This document shows, in pieces, positions 1 through 8,580 of a stretch of 58,906 nt of DNA; position 1 is the first letter of the stretch, and each line of letters starts with the position of its first letter. This stretch comes from a virus (taxonomy: Duplodnaviria > Caudoviricetes): positions 1 through 58,906 of the IMG/VR virus record IMGVR_UViG_3300027779_003675, one strand, 5' to 3'. Position numbers and translations under genes: made by a program. The notes below the pieces were generated by a model. That model searched no databases and was not told the origin of the DNA. It worked only from the letters and a program-made list of their open reading frames with translations.

Positions 1-255
1 AAAGGCCAAAAGGGATTGGCCTCAAGTGTCGCTGGTCCCAAGGGCCAAAAGGGGTTGGCTTCAAGTGTCGCTGGTCCCAAGGGCCAAAAGGGGTTGGCCT
101 CAAGTGTCGCTGGTCCCAAGGGTCAAAAGGGACTTGCTTCGAGCACCGCTGGTCCCGCTGGATCCGCTGGACCTAAGGGTCAAAAGGGACTTGCTTCGAG
201 TACCGCTGGTCCCGCTGGTCCCGCTGGATCCGCTGGATCTAAGGGTCAAAAAGGA
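1..255 (+). repeat. 39-bp coding tandem repeat (13 aa) plus 9-bp GCTGGWYCY units
   Basis: Units at 1-39, 40-78, 79-117, 118-156 and 175-213, with mostly synonymous differences. Confidence 0.92.
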
Positions 256-588
256 GAGGAAGGAAGCGGTGGTTCAGTTACCGCGGGACCCGGAATTAAT
301 GTATCTTTAGGTCAAGTTTCGTTGGATTATACTGGTGAGAGTAGCAACTTTATAAATTCTGCGGCCACAGGAACAACAGTAAGTGCGACAGCTGATTATG
401 TTTTATTCGAAGACGTAACTAGTACCGATACCGTCAAGAAGTGTTTACTTAAATATTTGCCATTTCCTCGAAGTCTATCTATAAGCTCACCTAGCAGCTG
501 TCAAGTTAGGCTGAGTTGGACAATAGGCACTAGTAACTTTACTAGTACAACAACTGTTATTGGGTGTAGCGGAGGAGGAGGATCGTAA
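1..588 (+). CDS. Collagen-like fibre/tail-fibre protein, 5'-truncated (interrupted Gly-X-Y repeats rich in GPK-GQK, then a globular C-terminal domain)
   Basis: Frame is open from base 1; repeated GPKGQKGLASSVA units; VTAGPGINV spacer typical of phage fibres; the TTG start at 16 is an edge artefact. Confidence 0.8.
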   Translation, partial: KGQKGLASSVAGPKGQKGLASSVAGPKGQKGLASSVAGPKGQKGLASSTAGPAGSAGPKGQKGLASSTAGPAGPAGSAGSKGQKGEEGSGGSVTAGPGINVSLGQVSLDYTGESSNFINSAATGTTVSATADYVLFEDVTSTDTVKKCLLKYLPFPRSLSISSPSSCQVRLSWTIGTSNFTSTTTVIGCSGGGGS

Positions 589-956
589 TGACTATATTAG
601 AATTAACAAATAAAAAAGAAGAATTGCTAACGCAAATAACAAGCAACGCTGATTGGAGTAGTTTACATGCCATAAGCGCATTGAGCGCAGAGTTGGAGTA
701 CGATCCACAGTACGAACAAGCTGAGGGAGGAATAGAGAACGACGGAGACGATCGCAGGGTATCTGTCGGCGTCAAAGGTTCTCAAAATAAGCTGGCGAGC
801 AGTAATCGCGAAATGGCGGCCGACCATCTTGTAGAAGAAAACGGACAATCCGATGCAGAAATTTACGAGTGGGCTTTCAGCAAAGACGACTGGCTGGCTG
901 GGGCGAAACTGTTAATGGAAATTGAATGGCTAGAGGGAATTAAAAGTAAATTATGA
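588..956 (+). CDS. Hypothetical acidic protein
   Basis: ATG overlaps the upstream stop (TAATG); 122 aa. Confidence 0.7.
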   Translation: MTILELTNKKEELLTQITSNADWSSLHAISALSAELEYDPQYEQAEGGIENDGDDRRVSVGVKGSQNKLASSNREMAADHLVEENGQSDAEIYEWAFSKDDWLAGAKLLMEIEWLEGIKSKL

Positions 957-1264
957 GTATTGAATTTACATGGGTACAACGGCGGCCAGCTATTAATGCT
1001 GGGGATGATAATGTGTGCCAATGGTTACTTCATTTGAGAGCGGTAGATGGTGAGGCAGCTTCTTACATTAGCGAGACAGTCGACATAACTAAAGATCAAA
1101 AACCTATAGGCGATTGGCTTCCGGCAGATATAGAGGCAATGAGTGAAGCGTATCGTCGTATAAACAAATGGGATACAACACTAACTTCTGACATAGAAGA
1201 ACAATTGAGTGCACCAAGGACGGTAGATGGCTGGAACGAGGAAACTTTAAGTGTCGATACCTAA
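953..1264 (+). CDS. Hypothetical protein, possibly tail-fibre associated
   Basis: MSIEFTW start resembles small proteins commonly found after phage fibre genes; overlaps its neighbours. Confidence 0.55.
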   Translation: MSIEFTWVQRRPAINAGDDNVCQWLLHLRAVDGEAASYISETVDITKDQKPIGDWLPADIEAMSEAYRRINKWDTTLTSDIEEQLSAPRTVDGWNEETLSVDT

Positions 1265-1889
1265 AGTTATTCATCAAGTTTGGGGCGGGCCGATGCCGTT
1301 GGGGATACAGGAGTGTCTGGATTCCGTGAAACGGGTCATGCCCGATTATGATGTGGTGGTTCACAAGAAAGAAGATATGGACGAGCTAGTGCCGGAACAG
1401 TTCAGTTTAGTGGAAAGGACTAATCTTTATCGCAACCGACTGTTATATTCCCAAGGAGGATGGTGGGTGGATGCTGATTGTTACGTCTTGCGGCCATTTA
1501 ATTCAGACCAATCTTGCTCATTTGGGACACAAGAGAGGTCGACTAATTATACCCCTCCGTTGGTGGTGGATTGGGCCTTCGGCTCTGAAGCGGGAAACCC
1601 AGACCTAGTTGGGGTTCTAAGGCGTCTAGCTCCATCAGTATTAAACCGAAGATCTAGTTCAGGGCAAACTACCGAAATGTTACCGTTGGGTGAGCATATG
1701 GCTAAGGAGTTAGGGGGTAAAAAGCTCGAGCCATGCCATGTTTACGGTAGTAGAAGATTTTCCCATAGGAAACCTAGTAAAATGATACAGCGAGACGCTA
1801 CATTAGTTCATTTATTTTTAGGCTCGTGGTACGCTAAAGACTGGAGAAACGGCGTTATAGACAAAGTAAAAGAAGTGGAGAAGTGGTAA
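1251..1889 (+). CDS. DxD glycosyltransferase (GT32/OCH1-like)
   Basis: IPKVIHQVW, LLYSQGGWWVDAD, HLFLGSW motifs. Confidence 0.85.
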   Translation: MSIPKVIHQVWGGPMPLGIQECLDSVKRVMPDYDVVVHKKEDMDELVPEQFSLVERTNLYRNRLLYSQGGWWVDADCYVLRPFNSDQSCSFGTQERSTNYTPPLVVDWAFGSEAGNPDLVGVLRRLAPSVLNRRSSSGQTTEMLPLGEHMAKELGGKKLEPCHVYGSRRFSHRKPSKMIQRDATLVHLFLGSWYAKDWRNGVIDKVKEVEKW

Positions 1890-1891
1890 AT

Positions 1892-4075
1892 TCAATATCT
1901 CCAGTTTATAATTCCATAGTCATGCCTGTTGTCGGCGTGAAATAAAACTCTCTTGTATCCTAGGTTTTTGACAAAAGATATATCTGCGTCCCCTTTTTCA
2001 TTATAGGGGTTCGGGTTATCTTCTATAATTTTTCTTTTTATAAGATAGCACGCTCCGACAAAAGGTACAGTCCAGCATTTTTTATCTTTCCTTTCTAGGA
2101 TGTCGAAATAATTATCGGACTGTTTGTAATATCCGCTTTCGGAGAAAGCTCCCCAAAAATTAGACTGATTAGAAACTTTTCCGTTTATTGTCTCTCTTAA
2201 GACCGGAGCTACTACGTTTTTGTTTGTTTTTATTAGCTCGTTGAGGGTTTCTGGATTTCTCAACAAGCAAAGGTTCTCTATATAAAAGTGGTAATCGTAA
2301 TTGTAGTTAAGGGACTCTTTAAATATTCGATTTCTTTTTGGCCCTTCGCGCTCATTTGTTGGGCTGTATAACACCTCTTTGTAATCGTTAACGTCTATAG
2401 CTTCTTTTATGGTTTTTAGTTTATCTTGAGAGTCTTCTATATGGAGTATTATATTGGATTTAGGAAAGTTGAGATCTCTAACGTAGTTGAAGAACTTCCC
2501 CCAATTAGCGCTATCTAAGTTAGAGACGCAGTAAAGAGAAATATAAACAATAGGATTGTCTATAAGTTTACCAGTTGGTGAAAATGAAAAATCAGAGCTC
2601 CAACCTTTAGTTAGGTAATTGGATAAAGCCCAAAACTTTTCCTTACTAGAGTTTCCGTGCGCCACCAACGGTCTCGTGTTAGTGACCGTGTTATGCAGTC
2701 TTCCTCCTTCGATTGTTACGTCGTCGTAGGACCACCCCAAGCATTGAAAAATTTCACATTTGTAATCTAAAGAAATCAACCTCTTGTGTCTTCCGTTTAG
2801 GAATTCGAGGGTATAGTATAGTTGGTCGTCCGATATGTTAGGTAAGCTGTCATCCTTGGCTCGTTGAGTTATTTTACTTAAGTCTTTAGCGTAACCTATG
2901 AAGGATCCTGAGTTTAAGTATCTATAGTGATAAGGAGACTCTGGGTATCTGTTAGCTAAGGACCTGTCGGGCCAACAAGACTGTTCCGCCGCAAACAAGG
3001 TGGGAATGTTTTTCGATAGAAATAACTCTACGATACGTTTCAAGCTATCTAAGAATAAAATATCATAGCCATCCACAAATAGAACTATGGCGTTAGGGTC
3101 TTTTTTTAGCTTTTCTAGCTCTGGGATTAGTAGGTTGATTTTTTGTCCTCCCCCGGGGTCGCTCACCATATCTCCTCCTCCCCAAGGGGAATCTAGCCCT
3201 AATATTTTCAAGGGGATTTCGTTTGCTACCGATGTCCTTATATGTTTTTCCAGACCTTCGTTTAACGCGTTGTCAGCTACCGTGTAGCAGTATATGTTTT
3301 TTTTATATAAGCTTACGCATGAAGTATCTTTCTCTATGTCTGAGTTGTACCCTTGAGGTAAGGCTTGTTGCCAAATTTCGAACTTGCCGAGGTTAGAAGA
3401 TAAAGCTTTTATAACCGGGGTAAAAACTTCAGAAAAATCCTTTCTCCTATGCTTAGTCCAACAGGCGGCTAAGAATTCATCTGGCGTTACTAAGTTTTCT
3501 AATATCTTGGTTGACAGGAGCTTTGAGGCTCCCTCTTTTCCTATAATGTAAGCGTGGGTGTTGTACGAGAAAGCGGGCTTAACAAAAAGTTCTTCTCCGT
3601 CTACTGGCTCTTCTTTATTTTTCGAGACTTTGTTTCTCCCTAAGTAGAGAACATCTGTATCGGGGCATTTGGGTAATGACTTTGTTATAAACTTTTTAAG
3701 TTCGCCGGAATGCCAAAAAGCGTCGTCTTCTAATATAAGGGCTGTTTCGTTTTTCGATACTATCTCTTTCCATAAGTGTAAATGACTCAGAGTGCAGCCT
3801 ATTTCTGGGCTTCTAACTTCTCTGTTGTCCCAGCCGGAAAAATTAAATCCTTGAAAACTGCTAGTTTCAGACGTTTTCCATTTAGGGTAAACTTTACATT
3901 TTTGTTCGAGTAACCAGTGTTGAAGCAGGTTGACATCGATATTCCTAAAATCAAAAGCCTCTACGAACTTTATAGGAACGCAGAGGCCTTCTTCGAGGAG
4001 TAATTTAGATATTCTGTCTTTTTTTTCTCTTCTAGCTTTGAGGTTTAAGACGTATATCCTGTTTATGGAAAGCAT
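1892..4075 (-). CDS. Fusion of a COLGALT-like GT25 domain with PLOD/LH3-like glycosyltransferase and accessory domains (no hydroxylase domain)
   Basis: N-term: IYVLNL, EIGCTLSH, LILEDD, SYNTHAY, TPDEFL, GYNSDIE. Middle: WGGGD, GGGQKI, FVDGYD, AEQSCWP, YLNSGSFIG, DDQLYY, HGN. C-term: SNFWGA, GYYKQSDNY, WTVPFV, DADISF. Confidence 0.88.
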   Translation of the reverse strand: MLSINRIYVLNLKARREKKDRISKLLLEEGLCVPIKFVEAFDFRNIDVNLLQHWLLEQKCKVYPKWKTSETSSFQGFNFSGWDNREVRSPEIGCTLSHLHLWKEIVSKNETALILEDDAFWHSGELKKFITKSLPKCPDTDVLYLGRNKVSKNKEEPVDGEELFVKPAFSYNTHAYIIGKEGASKLLSTKILENLVTPDEFLAACWTKHRRKDFSEVFTPVIKALSSNLGKFEIWQQALPQGYNSDIEKDTSCVSLYKKNIYCYTVADNALNEGLEKHIRTSVANEIPLKILGLDSPWGGGDMVSDPGGGQKINLLIPELEKLKKDPNAIVLFVDGYDILFLDSLKRIVELFLSKNIPTLFAAEQSCWPDRSLANRYPESPYHYRYLNSGSFIGYAKDLSKITQRAKDDSLPNISDDQLYYTLEFLNGRHKRLISLDYKCEIFQCLGWSYDDVTIEGGRLHNTVTNTRPLVAHGNSSKEKFWALSNYLTKGWSSDFSFSPTGKLIDNPIVYISLYCVSNLDSANWGKFFNYVRDLNFPKSNIILHIEDSQDKLKTIKEAIDVNDYKEVLYSPTNEREGPKRNRIFKESLNYNYDYHFYIENLCLLRNPETLNELIKTNKNVVAPVLRETINGKVSNQSNFWGAFSESGYYKQSDNYFDILERKDKKCWTVPFVGACYLIKRKIIEDNPNPYNEKGDADISFVKNLGYKRVLFHADNRHDYGIINWRY

Positions 4076-4084
4076 CTATCTATA

Positions 4085-4852
4085 TTAGCCCAATTTATTG
4101 ATTCTTTCTATCAATTTGAACGTCAGGCTTTTGGGGATGTCCTCTAGCTCCGTGATTCCCTCTGGGTCTTGAACCATCTCCTCTTTAGCTATCTTGCTTA
4201 TGACATCTTCGAAGCTTACTCCTTTTTCTTTCATTTTTTTAGCTAAAAGAAAACTTGGATTAGCCAAAGCGTTCCGCTTTGATTTAACTGAGGCTGGGGC
4301 CGAGGAGCTTCCTGACGATGATGAAGATCCTGACGATGGTGAAGATCCTGACATTTCGTCCCAAGAGACGATGTTAATCTTTAAGAAGTTCCTTACGCAT
4401 CGGCAAAAGGATCTGTTTTCCGCCATTTCAACTAGGTATAGCTTTCCGAATCCATTGGTATTATCTACCGTAGCGGAGCTCATGGACTGAAACGTTACCT
4501 CCCTGTTTTCTGTTTCGTAATTCGGTGTCCATTTTATAGTGCAGGAGGCCGCTGCGTATTCGAGAGATGCAAATTTTATATCGTACCCAACGTCTACGAA
4601 CCCTCTTATTTGGGCGAGATCTTTTATTCCCCCTAAAAGGATTATTAAGTCTCTGTCTTGCAGTTGGCTCACGTCCGTCTCTTGGGTCCTCTGCCTATTC
4701 GGCACTAAAAATTCAGACTTAACCATTTTCCTCCAATCTACTAGTCCGTTTTCTTGGTAAACGTAGTCTAGCCCCTCCGTTAGTCCGTACTCGTTGCGTT
4801 TGATTACCTTGGGAGGAGTGGATTTGCTTGTGGTTTTGGTCTTAGCAGCCAT
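4085..4852 (-). CDS. Putative Rad52/Sak-superfamily single-strand annealing protein
   Basis: EMAENRSFCRCVRNFLKI..DE resembles the Rad52-fold core helix; Ser-rich linker; recombination context. Confidence 0.5.
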   Translation of the reverse strand: MAAKTKTTSKSTPPKVIKRNEYGLTEGLDYVYQENGLVDWRKMVKSEFLVPNRQRTQETDVSQLQDRDLIILLGGIKDLAQIRGFVDVGYDIKFASLEYAAASCTIKWTPNYETENREVTFQSMSSATVDNTNGFGKLYLVEMAENRSFCRCVRNFLKINIVSWDEMSGSSPSSGSSSSSGSSSAPASVKSKRNALANPSFLLAKKMKEKGVSFEDVISKIAKEEMVQDPEGITELEDIPKSLTFKLIERINKLG

Positions 4853-4858
4853 GAGGGT

Positions 4859-4887
4859 ATCCTACTGTGTCTTTGCTGAAGAGTCAA
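4859..4887 (-). promoter_or_regulatory. sigma70-like promoter, leaderless
   Basis: TTGACT-N17-TAGGAT-N6-ATG(4852). Confidence 0.7.
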
Positions 4888-6079
4888 GCTTTTTCTCTAC
4901 CAGAAAGCAGAGGAAGTCGGCCTCCTCCCAAAAGAGGTCTTCGTTTTCTGGGTTTAGCTCTACTTTTGTGATTTTTTTGGTTAATTTCTCTATAGGTTTA
5001 TCTGTTTTCCACCCATATTCTGAGTCATAAATTTTTCCTCTAGATAATATAAACTTATTGGGCAAATAAAATAATTTATTAATATCAACGCCCTCTAGTT
5101 GTTTTATATTTTCCTTTTTCGTTATACTCTCACTGTTTACTATTGTTAAGCTATCTAAAAACTCAAACTTTAGATCGTTTAACTCTTCGCCTTCGAGCTG
5201 ACTCATGACTTCAAGGGGTACGGGTATTTGAGTTAAGGTTTCTACAAACTCTATCATAGAGTTATCTTTCACTCTGCATATGACTTTTATTATTTTGTCT
5301 TTATTTGCCTTTACCAAGGCGATGCTGATTGGCTTGTCAGTTACTATAACGCATTTGTTTTTGTCAAAAACAGGAAGAAGGTTCTCTTCGCTAAAGTGCA
5401 AGTCCATTCTAACCACCAAAGGGTTTACTTCTGGGAGGCTAGTTACCGCGTCAGGTATATACTCTATGATAGTTTGCTTGTATTGTTTACCTAGGTAGAT
5501 TATCTCGTAGTCATAGTCGAAATCTATTTCCAACAGCTTGCAAACAGATGAGGTTATTACGTCGGGAAATATCGTATTTATAGTCTTGGGGAACTCCTCC
5601 TTTGCGTATGTCGGCTTGTCTCCCCCTTTGTCCGAATCTAAAAGTATAAAGTCTGAATCTTCCGACCAGTATGGAGCAGAGTTTTGAGGTGGAGCGTTAG
5701 AGTATAAACCCACTATCTTTCTTCCGTAATGTGACGCTATATGAATAGGAAAGCTATCAATACCAACATGACATAAGGAATTTTTTATAATATATGCCGT
5801 TTGAGAGATAGAGGTTTGGCCATTTAGGCAAATAATGTTTTGGAGAGCTTTATCTTCCTTAGTGCCTACTTGCACGATAGTTATACCGTGTGGGGAGAGG
5901 AACTTGTTTAAAAAGTCTACCGTGTCTTGCCAATAGTCGTAGGTTCTAGAGTCGAACTTGCCGTCTCCTGTATGCAAAGTTATGTATTTACTAGCAGGGA
6001 CAGCAAAAAATCTCTCTAAAATAAAAGGCTTGTCTATTTTTAGTCCGGAACTTGTAGAGTAAGCTTCTAGTATATGCAT
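4862..6079 (-). CDS. GT9 (heptosyltransferase-like) C-terminal Rossmann domain plus an unknown domain
   Basis: YITLHTG, IVQVG, LNGQTSISQTAYII, HVGIDSFPIHIAS..IVGLY. Confidence 0.75.
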   Translation of the reverse strand: MHILEAYSTSSGLKIDKPFILERFFAVPASKYITLHTGDGKFDSRTYDYWQDTVDFLNKFLSPHGITIVQVGTKEDKALQNIICLNGQTSISQTAYIIKNSLCHVGIDSFPIHIASHYGRKIVGLYSNAPPQNSAPYWSEDSDFILLDSDKGGDKPTYAKEEFPKTINTIFPDVITSSVCKLLEIDFDYDYEIIYLGKQYKQTIIEYIPDAVTSLPEVNPLVVRMDLHFSEENLLPVFDKNKCVIVTDKPISIALVKANKDKIIKVICRVKDNSMIEFVETLTQIPVPLEVMSQLEGEELNDLKFEFLDSLTIVNSESITKKENIKQLEGVDINKLFYLPNKFILSRGKIYDSEYGWKTDKPIEKLTKKITKVELNPENEDLFWEEADFLCFLVEKKLDSSAKTQ

Positions 6080-7986
6080 CAGTTCTTTAGGTCAAAGTTT
6101 ATTTTGTCTACACCGTTGTGTTGGTAGTTGAAAAGCTTCTGCGTTCCTATAAAAGGCAAAAAAGCTATTTCAAAATAACCTTTATGATTCCCGCACCCCT
6201 CCAGCCATAACAACTTATCCATTTGAGGGAAGTAAGGGATAGCCTTGTATACGTAAGGGTTGCCGTCTAGAAGCGGAAAGTTCCCCCTGTTGGTCGCTAC
6301 ATATAGATTGTAATCTGGGTAAGTGCTATTAAGGGCTTTAAACAAAGCCGTAGACATAAACACGTCCCCCATGCTTTCCGGTATAACGTATAGAATTCTT
6401 TTTCCCTCGTCGTCGTCTAGGAATTCATTTAGGTCAAATTTCTTAAGCTTAGCGTTCGCCTCCGCGGCTGTCCTTCTGAAAAATTCTTCTACTTTTTTTG
6501 GCTCAACTCCCTTCTGCATTTGGTTTATCCAGTATTGATACCCTTCGTCTTCTATGGTTATGCGGCGTCTTCTAAGGACGTTCTTATACATTGAAAGAAG
6601 CCATTCGCTTGTGTTGCTTGGGTCGACTTCAACCTTAGCTTCTGGGTCGTTCTTTTCTGCCTCTATTTTTATCTCAGAGTAGTCCGCTTTTGGCGCGCCG
6701 TCTATAAATCGCTCTATACGCTTGGCGGTTTTTTCTACCGAGAAGTTGTCAATAGCCCACTGTCTGGATAGCTTTTCTTTTTCTCTTTTTTCTTTTTCGC
6801 CCATTTTGTAGACGCTAGTTAACCCTTCGCAAATAGAACTTGGGTAAGTGCTAGCTTTTCTAAAAAGAGTTTGAATTTCTCTATACTCGCCCCATTCCAG
6901 AGGGATAGATTGAGACCCTTCTTCGCAGCTTTTTTCCCCGCAGCTATAATTAGTCACTAGAGTAATGAGCTCTGCCATCTTAGCTTCTTGTATGGGTATT
7001 TCTTGCCCTCCGCTGGTAAACGGGTGGCAGTAAACGTCCATTAAGTTGTAGATTTCATTGAGTTCGTTTTCCGTGACTCCGTTAAGTATATTAGATGTAA
7101 CTTGACTTTTTTTATTTCCGCAAGATAGGCAGTCTAACCCCTGTCCTTGAAAAGCCTTTACTTCGTACTCGTGGCACTGGGAGCATTTATACGTAGTTAA
7201 AATGTCCGAGTGTTGGACGTTGTATTCGTCGGCAAGTCTTAATATGTTCCAACCCTCATCCCAGTGAGTGTGAAGCAGTAGCTTTCCTGAGCTTCCTGTT
7301 TGAGCTTTCCACATGGAGAAGCCCTCTATCAGGTTTGGCACTAGCTTCCTTAGCTGGTTTCTAAAGACGAAACCTATTACGAACTCGTCATGGCGTATTT
7401 TAAATTTTTTTCTGAGGGCTTTTCTTTTTTCTTCTTCGAGCCTCCTGAAGCTTGAATGATCTATGCAGCCATGCAGGGTTTCAACTTGGCCAAAGCCTAG
7501 CCTCTTAAGCTCTTTCTCTGCGAAGTTACTCCATACCCAGAAGTTTTTAGCTTCTTTTGCGCATTTTATAGCAGTGGGGATAATCGGCAGGGAGTCTAGG
7601 GTCGTCCATATTGCCGAGGTGATCTCATTGAACCATGCTTTCTCCAAGGCGAAGTCAACGCCCCAGATATCCTGACACCCTATGTATACATCGGGTTTTT
7701 CGTCTTTTATAACTTTATCTATGAGGTCGGCCCCGTAAGAAGTCCTTCTGGCTTGCTCCGGGTCAGGGCTTGTTGGCTGGTTGGGGGGTATAGTTCCTAT
7801 GCTTTTCCAAGGCGTGGCCCGAAGCTTAGGGTCGTTAGCTACTGTCCCGCAGCAGTAATGGACTATGTCGTATTTCTTTGTTTTATATAAATACGATAAA
7901 AGGGCCTTGGCGTTTCGGCCAAAGCCCGTTTTCATTAAAGCGAAATCGCTTTGAAATATTAGCTTCTTTTTACCATTCTTGGTCAT
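6079..7986 (-). CDS. GT4 glycosyltransferase with Zn-ribbon insertion and a C-terminal GT9 N-domain
   Basis: TGFG, RNQLRK, YNLMDVYCHPFTSGGQEIPIQEA; CSQC..CLSC insert; RILYVIPESMGDVFMSTAL..YPD..LLDGNPYV. Confidence 0.8.
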   Translation of the reverse strand: MTKNGKKKLIFQSDFALMKTGFGRNAKALLSYLYKTKKYDIVHYCCGTVANDPKLRATPWKSIGTIPPNQPTSPDPEQARRTSYGADLIDKVIKDEKPDVYIGCQDIWGVDFALEKAWFNEITSAIWTTLDSLPIIPTAIKCAKEAKNFWVWSNFAEKELKRLGFGQVETLHGCIDHSSFRRLEEEKRKALRKKFKIRHDEFVIGFVFRNQLRKLVPNLIEGFSMWKAQTGSSGKLLLHTHWDEGWNILRLADEYNVQHSDILTTYKCSQCHEYEVKAFQGQGLDCLSCGNKKSQVTSNILNGVTENELNEIYNLMDVYCHPFTSGGQEIPIQEAKMAELITLVTNYSCGEKSCEEGSQSIPLEWGEYREIQTLFRKASTYPSSICEGLTSVYKMGEKEKREKEKLSRQWAIDNFSVEKTAKRIERFIDGAPKADYSEIKIEAEKNDPEAKVEVDPSNTSEWLLSMYKNVLRRRRITIEDEGYQYWINQMQKGVEPKKVEEFFRRTAAEANAKLKKFDLNEFLDDDEGKRILYVIPESMGDVFMSTALFKALNSTYPDYNLYVATNRGNFPLLDGNPYVYKAIPYFPQMDKLLWLEGCGNHKGYFEIAFLPFIGTQKLFNYQHNGVDKINFDLKN

Positions 7987-8539
7987 CTAGTGGGTCTGCT
8001 TTTTGTGGCTCGGGTTTCGGTTCAGATTTCTGTGGTTCTTTAGGTTCGGCTTCTGCTTTATTATTTTTACCGGTATAGGCTGTTTTTTCAAAGATTCTTT
8101 CTAAAGAGTAGATTAAGAACTGCTTTAGCATTCTAGCCTCTGGGTAATATAAGCCTATGACAAAGCTGATTTTATTGGTTGAATCCTCTTTGTCTTCTTT
8201 ATTTACGGAGAAGGAGTACCCTACTTGTTTATTGTCTTTCTTGCTGACGTACGGCGCAAATTTAAATTTTACTATTTGGTTTTTACTTCCGTGGTAGCCG
8301 CCGTATTCGGCGTTTCTTTCAATTGCGTCTACTATACCTGAAGCTTCAACCATGCTGAATTTAACCATGACTTTAGCTCTTGGGTTGTCTTTATTCTTTA
8401 CGAAGCTTCCGATTCTCCTGTCGGCATTCCAAGAATCCTGCTTGATGAACGAAGAAAAAAAGGCTTTCTCTTCCGTGGAACTCCAAAAGGAGCAGGCGCT
8501 CCCAGTGACTTTAGGGTTAGGTTTATAGAACTGAATCAT
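7970..8539 (-). CDS. Putative Whirly-fold single-stranded DNA-binding protein
   Basis: Residue pattern (FYK..; KFSMVEASGIV; YH; FKFAP; GYSFSV; IGLYYPEARML) parallels Whirly; acidic-aromatic tail DPLDDQEW; next to dnaE. Confidence 0.45.
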   Translation of the reverse strand: MIQFYKPNPKVTGSACSFWSSTEEKAFFSSFIKQDSWNADRRIGSFVKNKDNPRAKVMVKFSMVEASGIVDAIERNAEYGGYHGSKNQIVKFKFAPYVSKKDNKQVGYSFSVNKEDKEDSTNKISFVIGLYYPEARMLKQFLIYSLERIFEKTAYTGKNNKAEAEPKEPQKSEPKPEPQKADPLDDQEW

Positions 8540-8551
8540 AACAAAGGAGGC

Positions 8552-8580
8552 ACTTTAAGTCTTTTCTGTTTCTAAGTCAA
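8552..8580 (-). promoter_or_regulatory. sigma70-like promoter
   Basis: TTGACT-N17-TAAAGT, 12 nt before ATG 8539. Confidence 0.65.

Noticed and set aside
1-255. CRISPR array
   Set aside because: Repeats are contiguous, in-frame coding units without unique spacers
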